From: Candidatus Moranbacteria bacterium GW2011_GWE2_36_40
GTDB taxonomy: Bacteria; Patescibacteriota; Minisyncoccia; Moranbacterales; GWC2-37-73
DNA: 59,195 bases
Assembly: GCA_000991645.1 (NCBI GenBank)
Contig: LBRX01000003.1
Coordinates: forward strand, 1-59,195
Direction: 5' to 3'
This document shows, piece after piece, positions 9,236-19,052 of this stretch. Numbering within the stretch: the stretch's first letter is position 1; each line of letters starts with the position of its first letter. The notes under the pieces are model-generated. The model did not search any database, was not told the DNA's origin, and saw only the letters and a program-made list of their open reading frames with translations. Position numbers and translations under genes: made by a program.

Positions 9236-11086
9236 ATGGAAAAATTTCTCAAAAAACATTACCCGTGGGTCATCCTAGTCATTATGACTTTTTTCATAAC
9301 GGTTTCTGTATTGAATGCCAAAAATGACAGTGCTACTTTTGATGAAATTGCACATATTCCTGCTGGATACAGTTATGTAACCGAACAGGATATGCGACTC
9401 AACCCGGAACATCCACCACTACTAAAAGATATGATTGGTTTGCCACTTATTTTTCTTAACTTAAACTTTGATACAACAAAACAATTTTGGAGTGGCGACG
9501 GCCTCAACAGAATATGGGATGATGGTCAATGGATTGCTGGAAAACACCTTCTCTATGAAGCTGGCAACAATCCTAACCAGATTCTTTTTTGGGCACGTAT
9601 TCCAATTATTATAATTTCAGTTTTTCTTGGTCTCTTTATCTTTATGTGGGCCAAAGAATTTGCAGGAATTCTTGGAGGATTATTTGCTCTAACATTATAT
9701 GCCTTTGACCCCAACATTTTGGGACACAACCACTATGTGACAACTGACATTGGCATTGCAGCATTCCTCACTTTTGCTTTTTATTTCTTTCTTAAATTTA
9801 TCAAGCATCCGACATGGAAAAATGCCATGATTGGAGGATTTTTTTTGGGACTCGTTAATGTGGTAAAGTTTTCATCATTGATGGCCTATCCAATTCTTGG
9901 ACTTGTTTTGCTTGGCTATCCTCTAATAAAGAAAATTTCACATGATGAAGTTGAAAATCAAAACAAATCAGTGCGAACAAAAATATTCTTTTCTTATCTC
10001 GGAAAAGGTCTTGCAGCATTTGCCATTTCCATGCTTGTTGTTTGGATTGTATATTTCTTTAATACTTTCAACATGACAAGTTGGACAATTTCCAAACAAA
10101 TAAACTTTTCATTTCCACTAAGTGATCCCAACATTCTAAGCCAAACAACCAATAGCATGTTGACAAGCCTCAATTCATCTTCGGTATTGCGACCATTTGC
10201 TGAATACATGCTTGGAGTTACCATGGTTTTCAAACGAGTAGCTGGAGGCAATGGAGCATATTATCTTGAAAATGTGTCCAGCGATGCTTCCGCCTCATAT
10301 TTCCCATTGGTTTTTATGCTTAAGGAAACTTTACCATTCTTAATGCTTATTGTTTTTTCAATCACATTTGCTTGCATAAAAATAGTTCATAATTTCAAGA
10401 TAGCATTAGAAAATAAGCATGTTATCAAAAATATCAGACACTTTCTGCAAACAGGAGTTATGCAATACATGCTATTTGGTTTTATTATTCTTTATTCATA
10501 TCTCAGCATTACTGGTAATCTAAACATTGGACTCAGACATTTGTTTCCAATTATGCCACTCTTGTATTTATTGATAACAAAAAAAGTCTTTGATTTTCTC
10601 CGAGGCAAACACCACATAACAAAAAAACAAATACATATAATTCTTTTTGCATTACTTGCTTGGATCATTCTTATTCCAATTGTTAATTATCCAAATTATG
10701 TTTCATATTTCAATGAAACAATTGGTGGATCAAAAAATGGATACAAATATGTCACAGATTCAAACACTGACTGGGGTCAAGACTTGGGACGTCTAAAGAT
10801 TTTTCTAGATAAAAATCCTCAAATCGACAAAATTCATGTTGATTATTTTGGTGGTGGAAGACCGGAACAGGTGCTTAGAGAAAAATATATTCAATGGTGG
10901 GATTCAATGAGACCCATTGAAGCAGGATGGTATGCCATTTCAGTCAACTCATTGCAAACCAGCATTTACGACAAGACCAATAAAAATACAAGCAATAACT
11001 ATGCTTGGACGCAAAATTATAAACCAGTGACTATTATTGGAAATTCAATATTGATTTATTACATTCCAACTTCTCACTCAAACTAA
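9236..11086 (+). CDS. GT39/ArnT-like membrane glycosyltransferase, second paralog
   Basis: Multi-TM protein with ..DSATFDEIAHIPAGYSY.. after TM1. In tandem with the previous gene. Confidence 0.7.
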   Translation: MEKFLKKHYPWVILVIMTFFITVSVLNAKNDSATFDEIAHIPAGYSYVTEQDMRLNPEHPPLLKDMIGLPLIFLNLNFDTTKQFWSGDGLNRIWDDGQWIAGKHLLYEAGNNPNQILFWARIPIIIISVFLGLFIFMWAKEFAGILGGLFALTLYAFDPNILGHNHYVTTDIGIAAFLTFAFYFFLKFIKHPTWKNAMIGGFFLGLVNVVKFSSLMAYPILGLVLLGYPLIKKISHDEVENQNKSVRTKIFFSYLGKGLAAFAISMLVVWIVYFFNTFNMTSWTISKQINFSFPLSDPNILSQTTNSMLTSLNSSSVLRPFAEYMLGVTMVFKRVAGGNGAYYLENVSSDASASYFPLVFMLKETLPFLMLIVFSITFACIKIVHNFKIALENKHVIKNIRHFLQTGVMQYMLFGFIILYSYLSITGNLNIGLRHLFPIMPLLYLLITKKVFDFLRGKHHITKKQIHIILFALLAWIILIPIVNYPNYVSYFNETIGGSKNGYKYVTDSNTDWGQDLGRLKIFLDKNPQIDKIHVDYFGGGRPEQVLREKYIQWWDSMRPIEAGWYAISVNSLQTSIYDKTNKNTSNNYAWTQNYKPVTIIGNSILIYYIPTSHSN

Positions 11087-11087
11087 C

Positions 11088-11147
11088 AAATTTGCACAAT
11101 ATAAAAAAAGTATCAGTAATGATACTTTTTTTATATTGTGCAAATTT
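11088..11147. terminator. bidirectional terminator, 28-bp perfect inverted repeat
   Basis: aaatttgcacaatataaaaaaagtatca gtaa tgatactttttttatattgtgcaaattt, between convergent genes. Confidence 0.75.
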
Positions 11148-11164
11148 CTGTATTATGACAAGTT

Positions 11165-11701
11165 TTATTTTTTTTGATAAATACGATGACGATGTTCAAT
11201 ATATACAACTCTCCATCCCCACAGACCAAGCCAAACTCCAAATATTAATCCTGACAAAAATATGGCAACATATGCAGATGGCAATAAAAACAAGTGCATG
11301 CCAAGAAATTGATGAGTTGGCGGAAATAATCCTGTCTTAAGACTATTTTCAATATAAATTTTTTCCAAAATTCCAAGCAGGAATCCAGCAGACAAAATTC
11401 CAACCAGCAACGACAACAGCATGTATGCAATTCTTTTGATGTCAACTCGTATCTCCTTACGTCCAAGCTTTACCAAATAATCAATAACAGTCTTTTTATT
11501 GCCAGGCAATTTTGAAGCAGCAATAGTTTTTGCTTTTTTGATTGTTGTTTCTTTCTTTTTTTGAGTAGTTGCAAGCTTTGTTTTTTTCACAACCCTTTTA
11601 ACAGCTGATACTGTGTGGACACTTGATTTAATATTTTTTATTTTAACAGGCTTTGCTCTTACTTCTACTTGTTTTTTTAGACCTTCTTTTTTTGTTTTCA
11701 T
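11165..11701 (-). CDS. hypothetical Lys-rich membrane protein (178 aa from ATG 11701)
   Basis: Basic N-terminal half and three hydrophobic C-terminal segments. The track ORF extends to 11770, but the first 23 aa lie in low-complexity sequence. Confidence 0.5.
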   Translation of the reverse strand: MKTKKEGLKKQVEVRAKPVKIKNIKSSVHTVSAVKRVVKKTKLATTQKKKETTIKKAKTIAASKLPGNKKTVIDYLVKLGRKEIRVDIKRIAYMLLSLLVGILSAGFLLGILEKIYIENSLKTGLFPPTHQFLGMHLFLLPSAYVAIFLSGLIFGVWLGLWGWRVVYIEHRHRIYQKK

Positions 11702-11791
11702 ATTTATTATTTTTTTATACTCAAAGTATAACACATTTTTAAAAAAAAGAAACCTTTCGCTTAAAAACATGCGGCACGCACAAAAATAGAT

Positions 11792-12697
11792 TTATTCCAT
11801 ATTTTTTTTATCTTCAGTATTTTCATCTTCTGGCAACAATGATTCAATATCTTTAAATTTATAGAAAAGTTTACTCTCATTTCTAAGATCCATGTATGCA
11901 ATTTCGTTTCTTTTGTCTTTTGGAATTTCTTTTTCCAAGACAACAGTCAAATTCCGCAATGCTGATTCCAATGAAAACTGAGTAGAAAAAAGGAATTCTG
12001 GACCTTGCGCTGTTTTAACCCTTACCTCTTCAGCCATTCTAGATGGTGTGGAATATTCCTCTAAGGTGTCATATCCAAATTTTTTCAAAGATTCCTTGGT
12101 AGCCAAAACATACTGTTCATATGAGGATTCTATTATTTTCTCTCCCACATTTATCGATTGCCCGCCATTTTCAACAACTCGCAAAAGATTATTTTGCTGA
12201 AGTTCAAGAGAATTAAAATCAGCCTCACTATACGCTATACCATTTTCATCAAGCAAAAAACATTTTTCCTGACAACACCAAACCATTAAAGCCTTACGTT
12301 CATCGATACTAATAAATACATCCGAAGGAAAGTTTTTTTTCACCTCTAATTTTCTTATTTTTTTAAAATCATTTTTGAGCAATTTTTCAACACTATTTTG
12401 AGAAATAAACAAATAATTATTCCTCGGAATTATTCCTGCAAATTTTCCTTCAAAAGATTCCTTTATTTTCTGCTGCAATTCAGTCTCACTTAATTCCACA
12501 ACTCCAGCTATCTCAACTTTTTCAATACTAAGATATGCTGAAAATAACAAAACATATCCCAAAACTGCAAAAAATCCCACCACCAAAACATAGAAAATGA
12601 CTCTGGCTAATTTTCTGGAAATTAAAACCTTTTCTTGATCGCCATTATTGCCATCGCAATCTTTTCCAGTGCAATTTTGTATATATTTTCTCGTCAT
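11792..12697 (-). CDS. ftsQ: FtsQ-like cell-division protein (single TM plus POTRA-like region)
   Basis: One TM (VIFYVLVVGFFAVLGYVLLF) followed by ..IEKVEIAGVVELSETEL... Position is adjacent to division and cell-wall genes. Confidence 0.55.
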   Translation of the reverse strand: MTRKYIQNCTGKDCDGNNGDQEKVLISRKLARVIFYVLVVGFFAVLGYVLLFSAYLSIEKVEIAGVVELSETELQQKIKESFEGKFAGIIPRNNYLFISQNSVEKLLKNDFKKIRKLEVKKNFPSDVFISIDERKALMVWCCQEKCFLLDENGIAYSEADFNSLELQQNNLLRVVENGGQSINVGEKIIESSYEQYVLATKESLKKFGYDTLEEYSTPSRMAEEVRVKTAQGPEFLFSTQFSLESALRNLTVVLEKEIPKDKRNEIAYMDLRNESKLFYKFKDIESLLPEDENTEDKKNME

Positions 12698-12706
12698 TAC
12701 ATTTTT

Positions 12707-13606
12707 CTATAAATCCATAAATAAAGTTTCCAGCATGAGCCTTGCATTAGCATTACTTCGCTTAAGCATTGCCATGGTCTGTTGAATTTGTTCGATTCCA
12801 ACATATGCTTCACTTCTTTGTTGTTCTTCAAGCATTAATGCGTTCTTACGCAATTCCCACATCCAAATATTAAGTTTGTCCAAAGTTTTTGTCGAATTCT
12901 TTGACAGATCTTCTGCTAATTTAAACTTATCATTAAGAGATCCTTTCCGTATTTTTTTTAATTCATCCAAAGCCTCAATCCTAAAGGTCTTTTCCTCAGT
13001 ATTTTCATTTAAAAATTTTGCCAACCCCGGTCTCCCAATGGAAAGCTCAACGCAATCCGTTGAAAAAGAAAAATCACTCGAAAACCCATCAGTCATTTCA
13101 ATATTCTCAACCAATCCAAAATTGATAACTTGCAATCTCGAAAGTATTGTTGGTAAAATCCTATCAATTTCATGTGTAACTAAAATTATTATTGTTGTTG
13201 GATTTGGCTCTTCCAAGACTTTCAATAGAGCATTTTGACTTGCAATAGTCATGCGATGCGCATCATTAACAATAAGAATCTTATATTTTCCATGATATGG
13301 AAACAAACTCAAGCTCTGTTTGGAGTTTCTTATCAATTCAATAGGTATATCTCGTTGCTTTAATATTCCCTTCTTTTCCAAAATTTCAGGCTCTACAATA
13401 ACAAGATCCAACAGTGCATCCCTATTAATATTATCAATATCCAAATTCAGTTGTTCTCCTGCAATTGCACTCAAGGCAAACATCTTAGCCAAGGTGAATT
13501 TTCCAACCTTTTCAGGTCCAGAAAAAAGATAAGCATGATTAAGTGCGCCACGTTCGAGGGCTTTTTTAAGCAAGTTTACTGATTTTATATTACCAATGAA
13601 ATCCAT
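12707..13606 (-). CDS. holB: DNA polymerase III delta-prime subunit
   Basis: ..NHAYLFSGPEKVGKFTLA.. P-loop-like box, ..ILIVNDAHRM.., ..NALLKVLEEP.., ..PTILSRLQ.. clamp-loader motifs. Confidence 0.8.
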   Translation of the reverse strand: MDFIGNIKSVNLLKKALERGALNHAYLFSGPEKVGKFTLAKMFALSAIAGEQLNLDIDNINRDALLDLVIVEPEILEKKGILKQRDIPIELIRNSKQSLSLFPYHGKYKILIVNDAHRMTIASQNALLKVLEEPNPTTIIILVTHEIDRILPTILSRLQVINFGLVENIEMTDGFSSDFSFSTDCVELSIGRPGLAKFLNENTEEKTFRIEALDELKKIRKGSLNDKFKLAEDLSKNSTKTLDKLNIWMWELRKNALMLEEQQRSEAYVGIEQIQQTMAMLKRSNANARLMLETLFMDL

Positions 13607-13718
13607 TTTGAATAATTTTGAATTTTGAATGAATTTTTAATGATTAAATTTTTTAATGTTTGAAACATTACGTCATTCAGATTTGATTCGAAATTCGAAA
13701 TTCAGAATTCGAAATTTA
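13607..13718. repeat. AT-rich MITE-like intergenic element, copy A
   Basis: (ttttgaa)n-tgaatttttaatgattaaattttttaatgtttgaaacattacgtcattcagatttgattcgaaatt-(cgaaatt)n. Nearly identical to 57302-57437 and related to 15927-16031. Confidence 0.8.
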
Positions 13719-14909
13719 TTAACCTTTCTTGTCTAATAAAATTTTATCCACAAACTGACCAAATTCTTCTCGAAATCGTACACTATTAAATTCTTCTCCT
13801 CTTTTTTTAATTATTTCTTTGTCATATTTATTTTTATTGTCTAAAAACCTTCTCACTCCATCTGCCAACACTTCCGACGTTTGAGCATCAAAAAATTCCC
13901 CAGTAATCCCCTCTTGCACTGTTTCGCACGCACCACCCTTTCGATATGCAATCACAGGCACACCAGCAAGCATCGCTTCCACAGGTGCAATACCAAAATC
14001 ATCTTCTGCTGGGAAAATAAAGGCCTCAGCATTTTGGTAATATTGTGAAATAACTGAATCGTCTTGCCAACCCAAAATTTTGATATTTTCTTTTGCTATT
14101 TTTCTTAAATGTTTTTCTTGCTGACCTGTCCCAATTACAACCAATGGTAAACCAAGCTTATTAAAAGCTTCCACAACTAAATCAACTTTTTTATATGGAG
14201 ATAATCTAGAAACAACAAGGAAATAATTATCAACCAACAACTGACAACTAACAACTGGCAACTTGTTTTCCAATATTTCTTGTTGATTGTTGATTGTTGA
14301 TTGTTGATTGTTAGATATAGGGGGATATATCACAGTGCTTTCACGTCTATAATATTTGCTTATACGCTTTTGAGTATAAACAGAGTTTGCAATCAGAAAG
14401 TCCGGCCTGTCAGCTGCCAAGCGATCCCACACACGAAGATAATTAAAAATTATCCTTGTCAAAAAATTCATTTTCTTATGTTCAGTTTCTTTAACATATC
14501 TTTCATTATAATCCCAAACAAAACGCATCGGCGAATGAAGATACGCAACATGCACAGTATCCAATTTTGTGACAATACCTTTGCTCCAGGCGCCAGAAGA
14601 AGAAATTACCAAATCATATTCTCGCAGATCAAAAGTTTCCGGAATTACTGGAAAAAATGGCAAAAGCCAATGATAATTTTTTCTCAAAAACTTAGGAAAC
14701 TTTTGCAAATATGATGGTCTAATATCCCTCCCATCAAGTAATCCTTTCATTTTTTCTTTATCATGCAACAATGTAAAAATCGGCGCTTCAGGATACATAT
14801 CCGAAAGCTCCTTCAAAACTCGCTCTGCTCCGCCCCACTGCACCAAAAAATCATGCACCAAGGCAACTTTTATATTCTTTTTTACTTGACTATTTTCCAT
14901 AATTATCAT
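13719..14909 (-). CDS. GT4-family glycosyltransferase
   Basis: ..ALVHDFLVQWGGAERV.. N-terminal domain and ..FPAEDDFGIAPVEAMLAGVPVIA.. (E-x7-E region). Carries an in-frame repeat insertion at 14229-14312. Confidence 0.8.
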   Translation of the reverse strand: MIIMENSQVKKNIKVALVHDFLVQWGGAERVLKELSDMYPEAPIFTLLHDKEKMKGLLDGRDIRPSYLQKFPKFLRKNYHWLLPFFPVIPETFDLREYDLVISSSGAWSKGIVTKLDTVHVAYLHSPMRFVWDYNERYVKETEHKKMNFLTRIIFNYLRVWDRLAADRPDFLIANSVYTQKRISKYYRRESTVIYPPISNNQQSTINNQQEILENKLPVVSCQLLVDNYFLVVSRLSPYKKVDLVVEAFNKLGLPLVVIGTGQQEKHLRKIAKENIKILGWQDDSVISQYYQNAEAFIFPAEDDFGIAPVEAMLAGVPVIAYRKGGACETVQEGITGEFFDAQTSEVLADGVRRFLDNKNKYDKEIIKKRGEEFNSVRFREEFGQFVDKILLDKKG

Positions 14910-14967
14910 ATATTAATTTGAACCCTCGGGAGTTCAATATTTTAGTTCTTTTCATAAGGAGCCTATC

Positions 14968-15285
14968 ATGACCCCAAAATTACGTATTTTTGAAATGTAC
15001 CTAACGGTCACAATGCTTTCTTTCCAAATGCTTCGAGCATACGTTGACGAAAATGAAAGAGGCAAAAGGCTTGACGAAGAATTCATGATCAAGTTTGACT
15101 TCCAGGAAGCAAGACAAGACATATCCATTTTCGATCTCAAGGTGATGATTTATCCTCTTCCTGAAAAAAGTCTCACTACCTTCATAAACCAGTTAACAGA
15201 ACTTGATTACGTAATTACTTCAATCAATCAAATCGTTTCCGAAACCAAGGAAACCGCCATGACACAAGTGAAAACACTTTCATAA
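14968..15285 (+). CDS. hypothetical protein (105 aa)
   Basis: ORF with aaggag SD 6 nt upstream and a terminator downstream. No motif recognised. Confidence 0.4.
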   Translation: MTPKLRIFEMYLTVTMLSFQMLRAYVDENERGKRLDEEFMIKFDFQEARQDISIFDLKVMIYPLPEKSLTTFINQLTELDYVITSINQIVSETKETAMTQVKTLS

Positions 15286-15306
15286 AATGCACAAAAACGA
15301 TACCAT

Positions 15307-15334
15307 GCCGAGTCCCAGATGACTCGGCTTTTTT
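15307..15334 (+). terminator. intrinsic terminator
   Basis: gccgagtc ccagat gactcggc followed by tttttt. Confidence 0.7.
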
Positions 15335-16568
15335 ATTTCAAAAGTACTTCCGCAATTTCCCTTGCACATTTGTCCCAACTGAACCTTTTCACGTTCTCCA
15401 GACCTTTCTGTATTATAGCATTTTTTAAGCTTTCGTCCGAGATGAGCTTAAAAATGTTTTCGGCAATGTCTTGAGGGTCTTGGGGATTGACCAATAGGGC
15501 AGAATATTGCTCCCCACCCTCATCCGCCCCGATTGCTATCGGGGCACCTTCTCCCGGAGAGAGAAGGTGTTTTGAATGGACTATTTCAGGCACTGACGAG
15601 TTATCGGAAGCCACAACAGCACAACCAACACTTTGCGCTTCTAGAACAGGAATTCCAAAACCTTCATACAAGGTTGGGAAAACAAAAACATCAGCTTTTT
15701 TTAATAATTCCCACTTTTCTTCTTCGGATATAAAACCTAGTTCAGCAATATCTTCCTTGTATTTGGAATTTGTAATTTGTAGTTTGATATTTTCATATCC
15801 GTGCCCCGGTTTTCCAGCCAATACCAACTTATGTGAAATATTATATTTCTCCTTCAAAATTTCAAAAGCTTTAATAATATTGGAAATATTTTTCCGTTCT
15901 TCAATGCGACCAATGAATAAAAGAAATTTTGAATTTTGAATTTTGAATTTTGAATAAATTTCTAATGTTTTAATTTTCGAAATTTTTTCATTCTGATTTG
16001 ATTCGAAATTGGAAATTGGAAATTGGAAATTATCATATCCCTCATATATAACACGCACTTTATCTTCTTTTACATTGTACAATCTAACTAAGTCTAACTT
16101 TGTATTTTCAGATACAGATATGATAGTTTTTGCCCACTGACATGATTTCTTAATCGTTCCGCGCATATAAACACGATCCCACCAAGAATAAGATTTTTTA
16201 CAAAATTCATATTCTAACCCATGAATAACTACAACAGTATTTTTAGAGTGAACAACTGGCACAGTATGAGCAGGCACAAAAAGAACATCAACTGGGTGTA
16301 ATAACATTTCCAAGGATAAGCCAAGCTGCGTCCAAAATCTAGGAAATTTAATCACCTTTATTCGCCAACTTTTTGGCAATTCCAAATCATTAATTTTAAC
16401 AACTCCGTTGTAAGTTGTAAGTTGTAAGTTGTAAGTTTTTTTAACATACAAAACAACCTGATGATCCTTTAATTTATCACGCAGGTTTTTGATGACTTGA
16501 TATGAATATTCTTCAATTCCAGTTCTGTTTTCTATAAAAGCCCGAGAGCCATCAATACCAATTTTCAT
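15333..16568 (-). CDS. GT4-family glycosyltransferase with three in-frame repeat insertions
   Basis: ..LFIGRIEERKN.. and ..FPTLYEGFGIPVLEAQSVGCAVVAS.. are GT4 signatures. Insertions lie at 15510-15568 (GC palindromes), 15927-16031 (AT-rich element) and 16407-16437 (gttgtaa x4). Confidence 0.8.
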   Translation of the reverse strand: MKIGIDGSRAFIENRTGIEEYSYQVIKNLRDKLKDHQVVLYVKKTYNLQLTTYNGVVKINDLELPKSWRIKVIKFPRFWTQLGLSLEMLLHPVDVLFVPAHTVPVVHSKNTVVVIHGLEYEFCKKSYSWWDRVYMRGTIKKSCQWAKTIISVSENTKLDLVRLYNVKEDKVRVIYEGYDNFQFPISNFESNQNEKISKIKTLEIYSKFKIQNSKFLLFIGRIEERKNISNIIKAFEILKEKYNISHKLVLAGKPGHGYENIKLQITNSKYKEDIAELGFISEEEKWELLKKADVFVFPTLYEGFGIPVLEAQSVGCAVVASDNSSVPEIVHSKHLLSPGEGAPIAIGADEGGEQYSALLVNPQDPQDIAENIFKLISDESLKNAIIQKGLENVKRFSWDKCAREIAEVLLK

Positions 16569-16772
16569 TATACTATTTTCATAAAGATGTGAGTGAGAAT
16601 ACTTTTTATTTTTTCACTAGAAATAAGTCTCTTTGGTGTTATTTTCAAGCGAAGTCGAGTGAAATGAAAGTACTCTTTCAATTTCCGAGCGAGCGATGAA
16701 AAGCTCATGTCAAAAGTTGCAATTATTTCTCCGTGACAAAAATAAAAACGTATTCGAACGAAACACTAGCCA

Positions 16773-17780
16773 CTACTTAGACAAAGTAATCGTCCTTTTA
16801 TAAACCTCAAGATTATCAAGAGCAATTCCAATTCCCTTGATCACGCAAAACAATGGGTCATCAGCAACATAACACGGTACACCAATTGTTTTCGTGATTA
16901 GTTGATCAAGATTGCGAAGCAGCGCTCCACCTCCTGAAAGAATCATTCCTTTGTCCATAATATCAGCAGCCAATTCTGGAGGAGTTTCTTGAAAAACTTT
17001 TTTAATGGCATTAATAACCTCTCTCAACTCATCTTGCAAAGCCTCAGTCACTTCATTGGAAGAAATTTTAATTGTTTTTGGCAAGCCTCCCATAAGATCA
17101 CGTCCACGCACTTCCATATGATCTTCCTTAACTTGCGCAATCGCAGATCCAATTTCTTTTTTAATATCCTCAGCAGTTCTATCCCCAACTGCCAAGCCAT
17201 ATTTTCGTTTAATATAATCAGAAATTGCTTGATCAAATTTATTACCACCCACGCGTGCGCTGTGCGCTGCCACAACACCGCCCAACGAAATTACTGCGAT
17301 TTCAGATGTACCACCACCAATATTGATAATCATATTGCCAGAAGCATTATGAATCGGAATTCCAGCACCAATTGCAGCCAAAAGTGGTTCTTTCACAACG
17401 TACGCTGATTTTGCTCCAGCTTTCACAGCCGCATCAATCACAGCGCGACGCTCAGTCGAAGTCACTCCGGCCGGAATTGAAATCATAATCTCAGGTTTAA
17501 AAATGCGAACTTTTCCAGTCACTTTATTAATAAAATATTTCAACATCGCTTCTGTCACGCGATAATCCGCAATCACACCATCTTTCATTGGACGAGACGC
17601 CACAATATTGTCCGGTGTGCGCCCAAGCATTTCGCGCGCTTGATTCCCCACTGCCAAAACAATATTCTCCACCGGAGAAACTGCCACCACTGATGGTTCA
17701 TTCACGACAATACCCTTACCCGGTATAAAAACCAAAGTATTTGCTGTTCCTAAATCTATACCTATCCGTCTGATAAACAT
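16773..17780 (-). CDS. mreB: rod-shape-determining actin homolog MreB
   Basis: ..IGIDLGTANTLVF.., ..INIGGGTSEIAVISLGG.., ..ILSGGGALLRNLD... Confidence 0.95.
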   Translation of the reverse strand: MFIRRIGIDLGTANTLVFIPGKGIVVNEPSVVAVSPVENIVLAVGNQAREMLGRTPDNIVASRPMKDGVIADYRVTEAMLKYFINKVTGKVRIFKPEIMISIPAGVTSTERRAVIDAAVKAGAKSAYVVKEPLLAAIGAGIPIHNASGNMIINIGGGTSEIAVISLGGVVAAHSARVGGNKFDQAISDYIKRKYGLAVGDRTAEDIKKEIGSAIAQVKEDHMEVRGRDLMGGLPKTIKISSNEVTEALQDELREVINAIKKVFQETPPELAADIMDKGMILSGGGALLRNLDQLITKTIGVPCYVADDPLFCVIKGIGIALDNLEVYKRTITLSK

Positions 17781-17822
17781 AATCGTACAAGATAATTAAC
17801 AAATTATATATCAATTCAAGAT

Positions 17823-17852
17823 CTCAGCCAAAGGCTGATCAGCCTTTGGCTG
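17823..17852. repeat. perfect GC-rich palindrome
   Basis: tcagccaaaggctga|tcagcctttggctga, followed by AT-rich short-period repeats to about 17950. Confidence 0.8.
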
Positions 17853-17954
17853 AAATTCCAATTCTTCGTATAAACATTTATTTAAAAAGAATTTTGAATT
17901 TCGAATCAATTCCTAATTACAAATTTTTAATTACAAATTTCTAAAGTTGAGTAT

Positions 17955-18075
17955 TGTATCATTCCCGTGAAAACGGGAATCCAGACCCGACGCAAATTAA
18001 CACTACATTTCCTGAAATAATAAATTATATTGAGATAAAGACGGGCTGGATTCCGGGTCTTCGCCCGGAATGACA
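17955..18075. mobile_element. MITE-like element with hairpin-containing terminal inverted repeats, copy 1
   Basis: Left end is tcattcccgtgaaaacgggaatccagaccc. Right end is gggctggattccgggtcttcgcccggaatgaca. The ends are reverse complements of each other. Confidence 0.65.
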
Positions 18076-18081
18076 AACGGC

Positions 18082-18408
18082 TTAGCTCTTAAATTCTGAC
18101 ACTCTAAAATTTCCATTTTCTAATTTTCTTTTTTCTCTACTCATTATTTTTGCGTGCTTTTTCCAGAAGGCTTCTTCAAATTCTTCCACAGGAATCCCAG
18201 TGCTGATCAAATTTCCTAAAATCAAAACAATCAGGTCAACATTCTCTTCCAAAAATTCCTCACGTGATTTCCCTTTCATCACGGCCTGCGCCAACTCGCC
18301 CAGTTCCTCAGTCATCAAATTCAAACGAAATTGCATATCCTCATTATTCGTCCCTTTCATTTCATTCTTCTTATGAAATTCCGCAATCGCATTATAAAAT
18401 TTTTCCAT
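18082..18408 (-). CDS. MazG-like nucleotide pyrophosphohydrolase
   Basis: ..LMTEELGELAQAV.. (EExxE) and ..EENVDLIVLILG.. are typical of small all-alpha MazG/NTP-PPase proteins. Confidence 0.65.
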   Translation of the reverse strand: MEKFYNAIAEFHKKNEMKGTNNEDMQFRLNLMTEELGELAQAVMKGKSREEFLEENVDLIVLILGNLISTGIPVEEFEEAFWKKHAKIMSREKRKLENGNFRVSEFKS

Positions 18409-18413
18409 AACAA

Positions 18414-18860
18414 TTATAATTTTATATATTTCTTTTCCAAGTAGCTTTTAATGGTACCTTTTGTTGTTTGCGTAAGTTTGCTTGGAAGATTATCTAATGC
18501 AAACCAACCAATTTCATCGCATTTATTTGGCTCCATTATTTTTGGAACTCCTTTTTTAATTTTAGCCAAAAATGGAATTGCCATCCAATGTTGTTGTTCT
18601 TTCTTTAAAACGTGATCGATGTGTGGAACCTCAGCCCAAATATCTATATCAATCCCTAGCTCTTCTTTAATCTCTCTTTTGGTTGCAACAATTGCCTTTT
18701 CATTGAAATCAACTGCACCACCAGGTTGTGACCACCAAAGCGCCTGATTCTTGGAATTTTTACTTCGTTTCATCAGCAGGACTTCTTTTTTATCATTAAA
18801 AATAAGTGCGCCACATCCAACCCCAATACAATGTTTTCCAATTTTAAATTCTTCTGTCAT
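18414..18860 (-). CDS. NUDIX hydrolase
   Basis: Nudix box GGAVDFNEKAIVATKREIKEELGI (G-x5-E-x7-REUxEExGU). Confidence 0.85.
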   Translation of the reverse strand: MTEEFKIGKHCIGVGCGALIFNDKKEVLLMKRSKNSKNQALWWSQPGGAVDFNEKAIVATKREIKEELGIDIDIWAEVPHIDHVLKKEQQHWMAIPFLAKIKKGVPKIMEPNKCDEIGWFALDNLPSKLTQTTKGTIKSYLEKKYIKL

Positions 18861-18924
18861 ATTTTTATAAATTCTTTTTAGGAAGTGAGCATGCTTTTTC
18901 TTTTTTCACTTAAAACAAATTAAC

Positions 18925-19041
18925 TGTCATTCCCAGCTTGACTGGGAATCCAGCCCCATTCAATATCAACGATTTAATAAATAAACACGTAACCTGGATT
19001 CCCCCTCCAAAGGCGGGCAAGCTGTTTTCACGGGAATGACA
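18925..19041. mobile_element. MITE-like element, copy 2
   Basis: Left end is tgtcattcccagcttgactgggaatccagcccc. Right end is ctggattccc..cacgggaatgaca. Same TIR family as 17955-18075. Confidence 0.6.
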
Positions 19042-19052
19042 CGGGAAATAAT

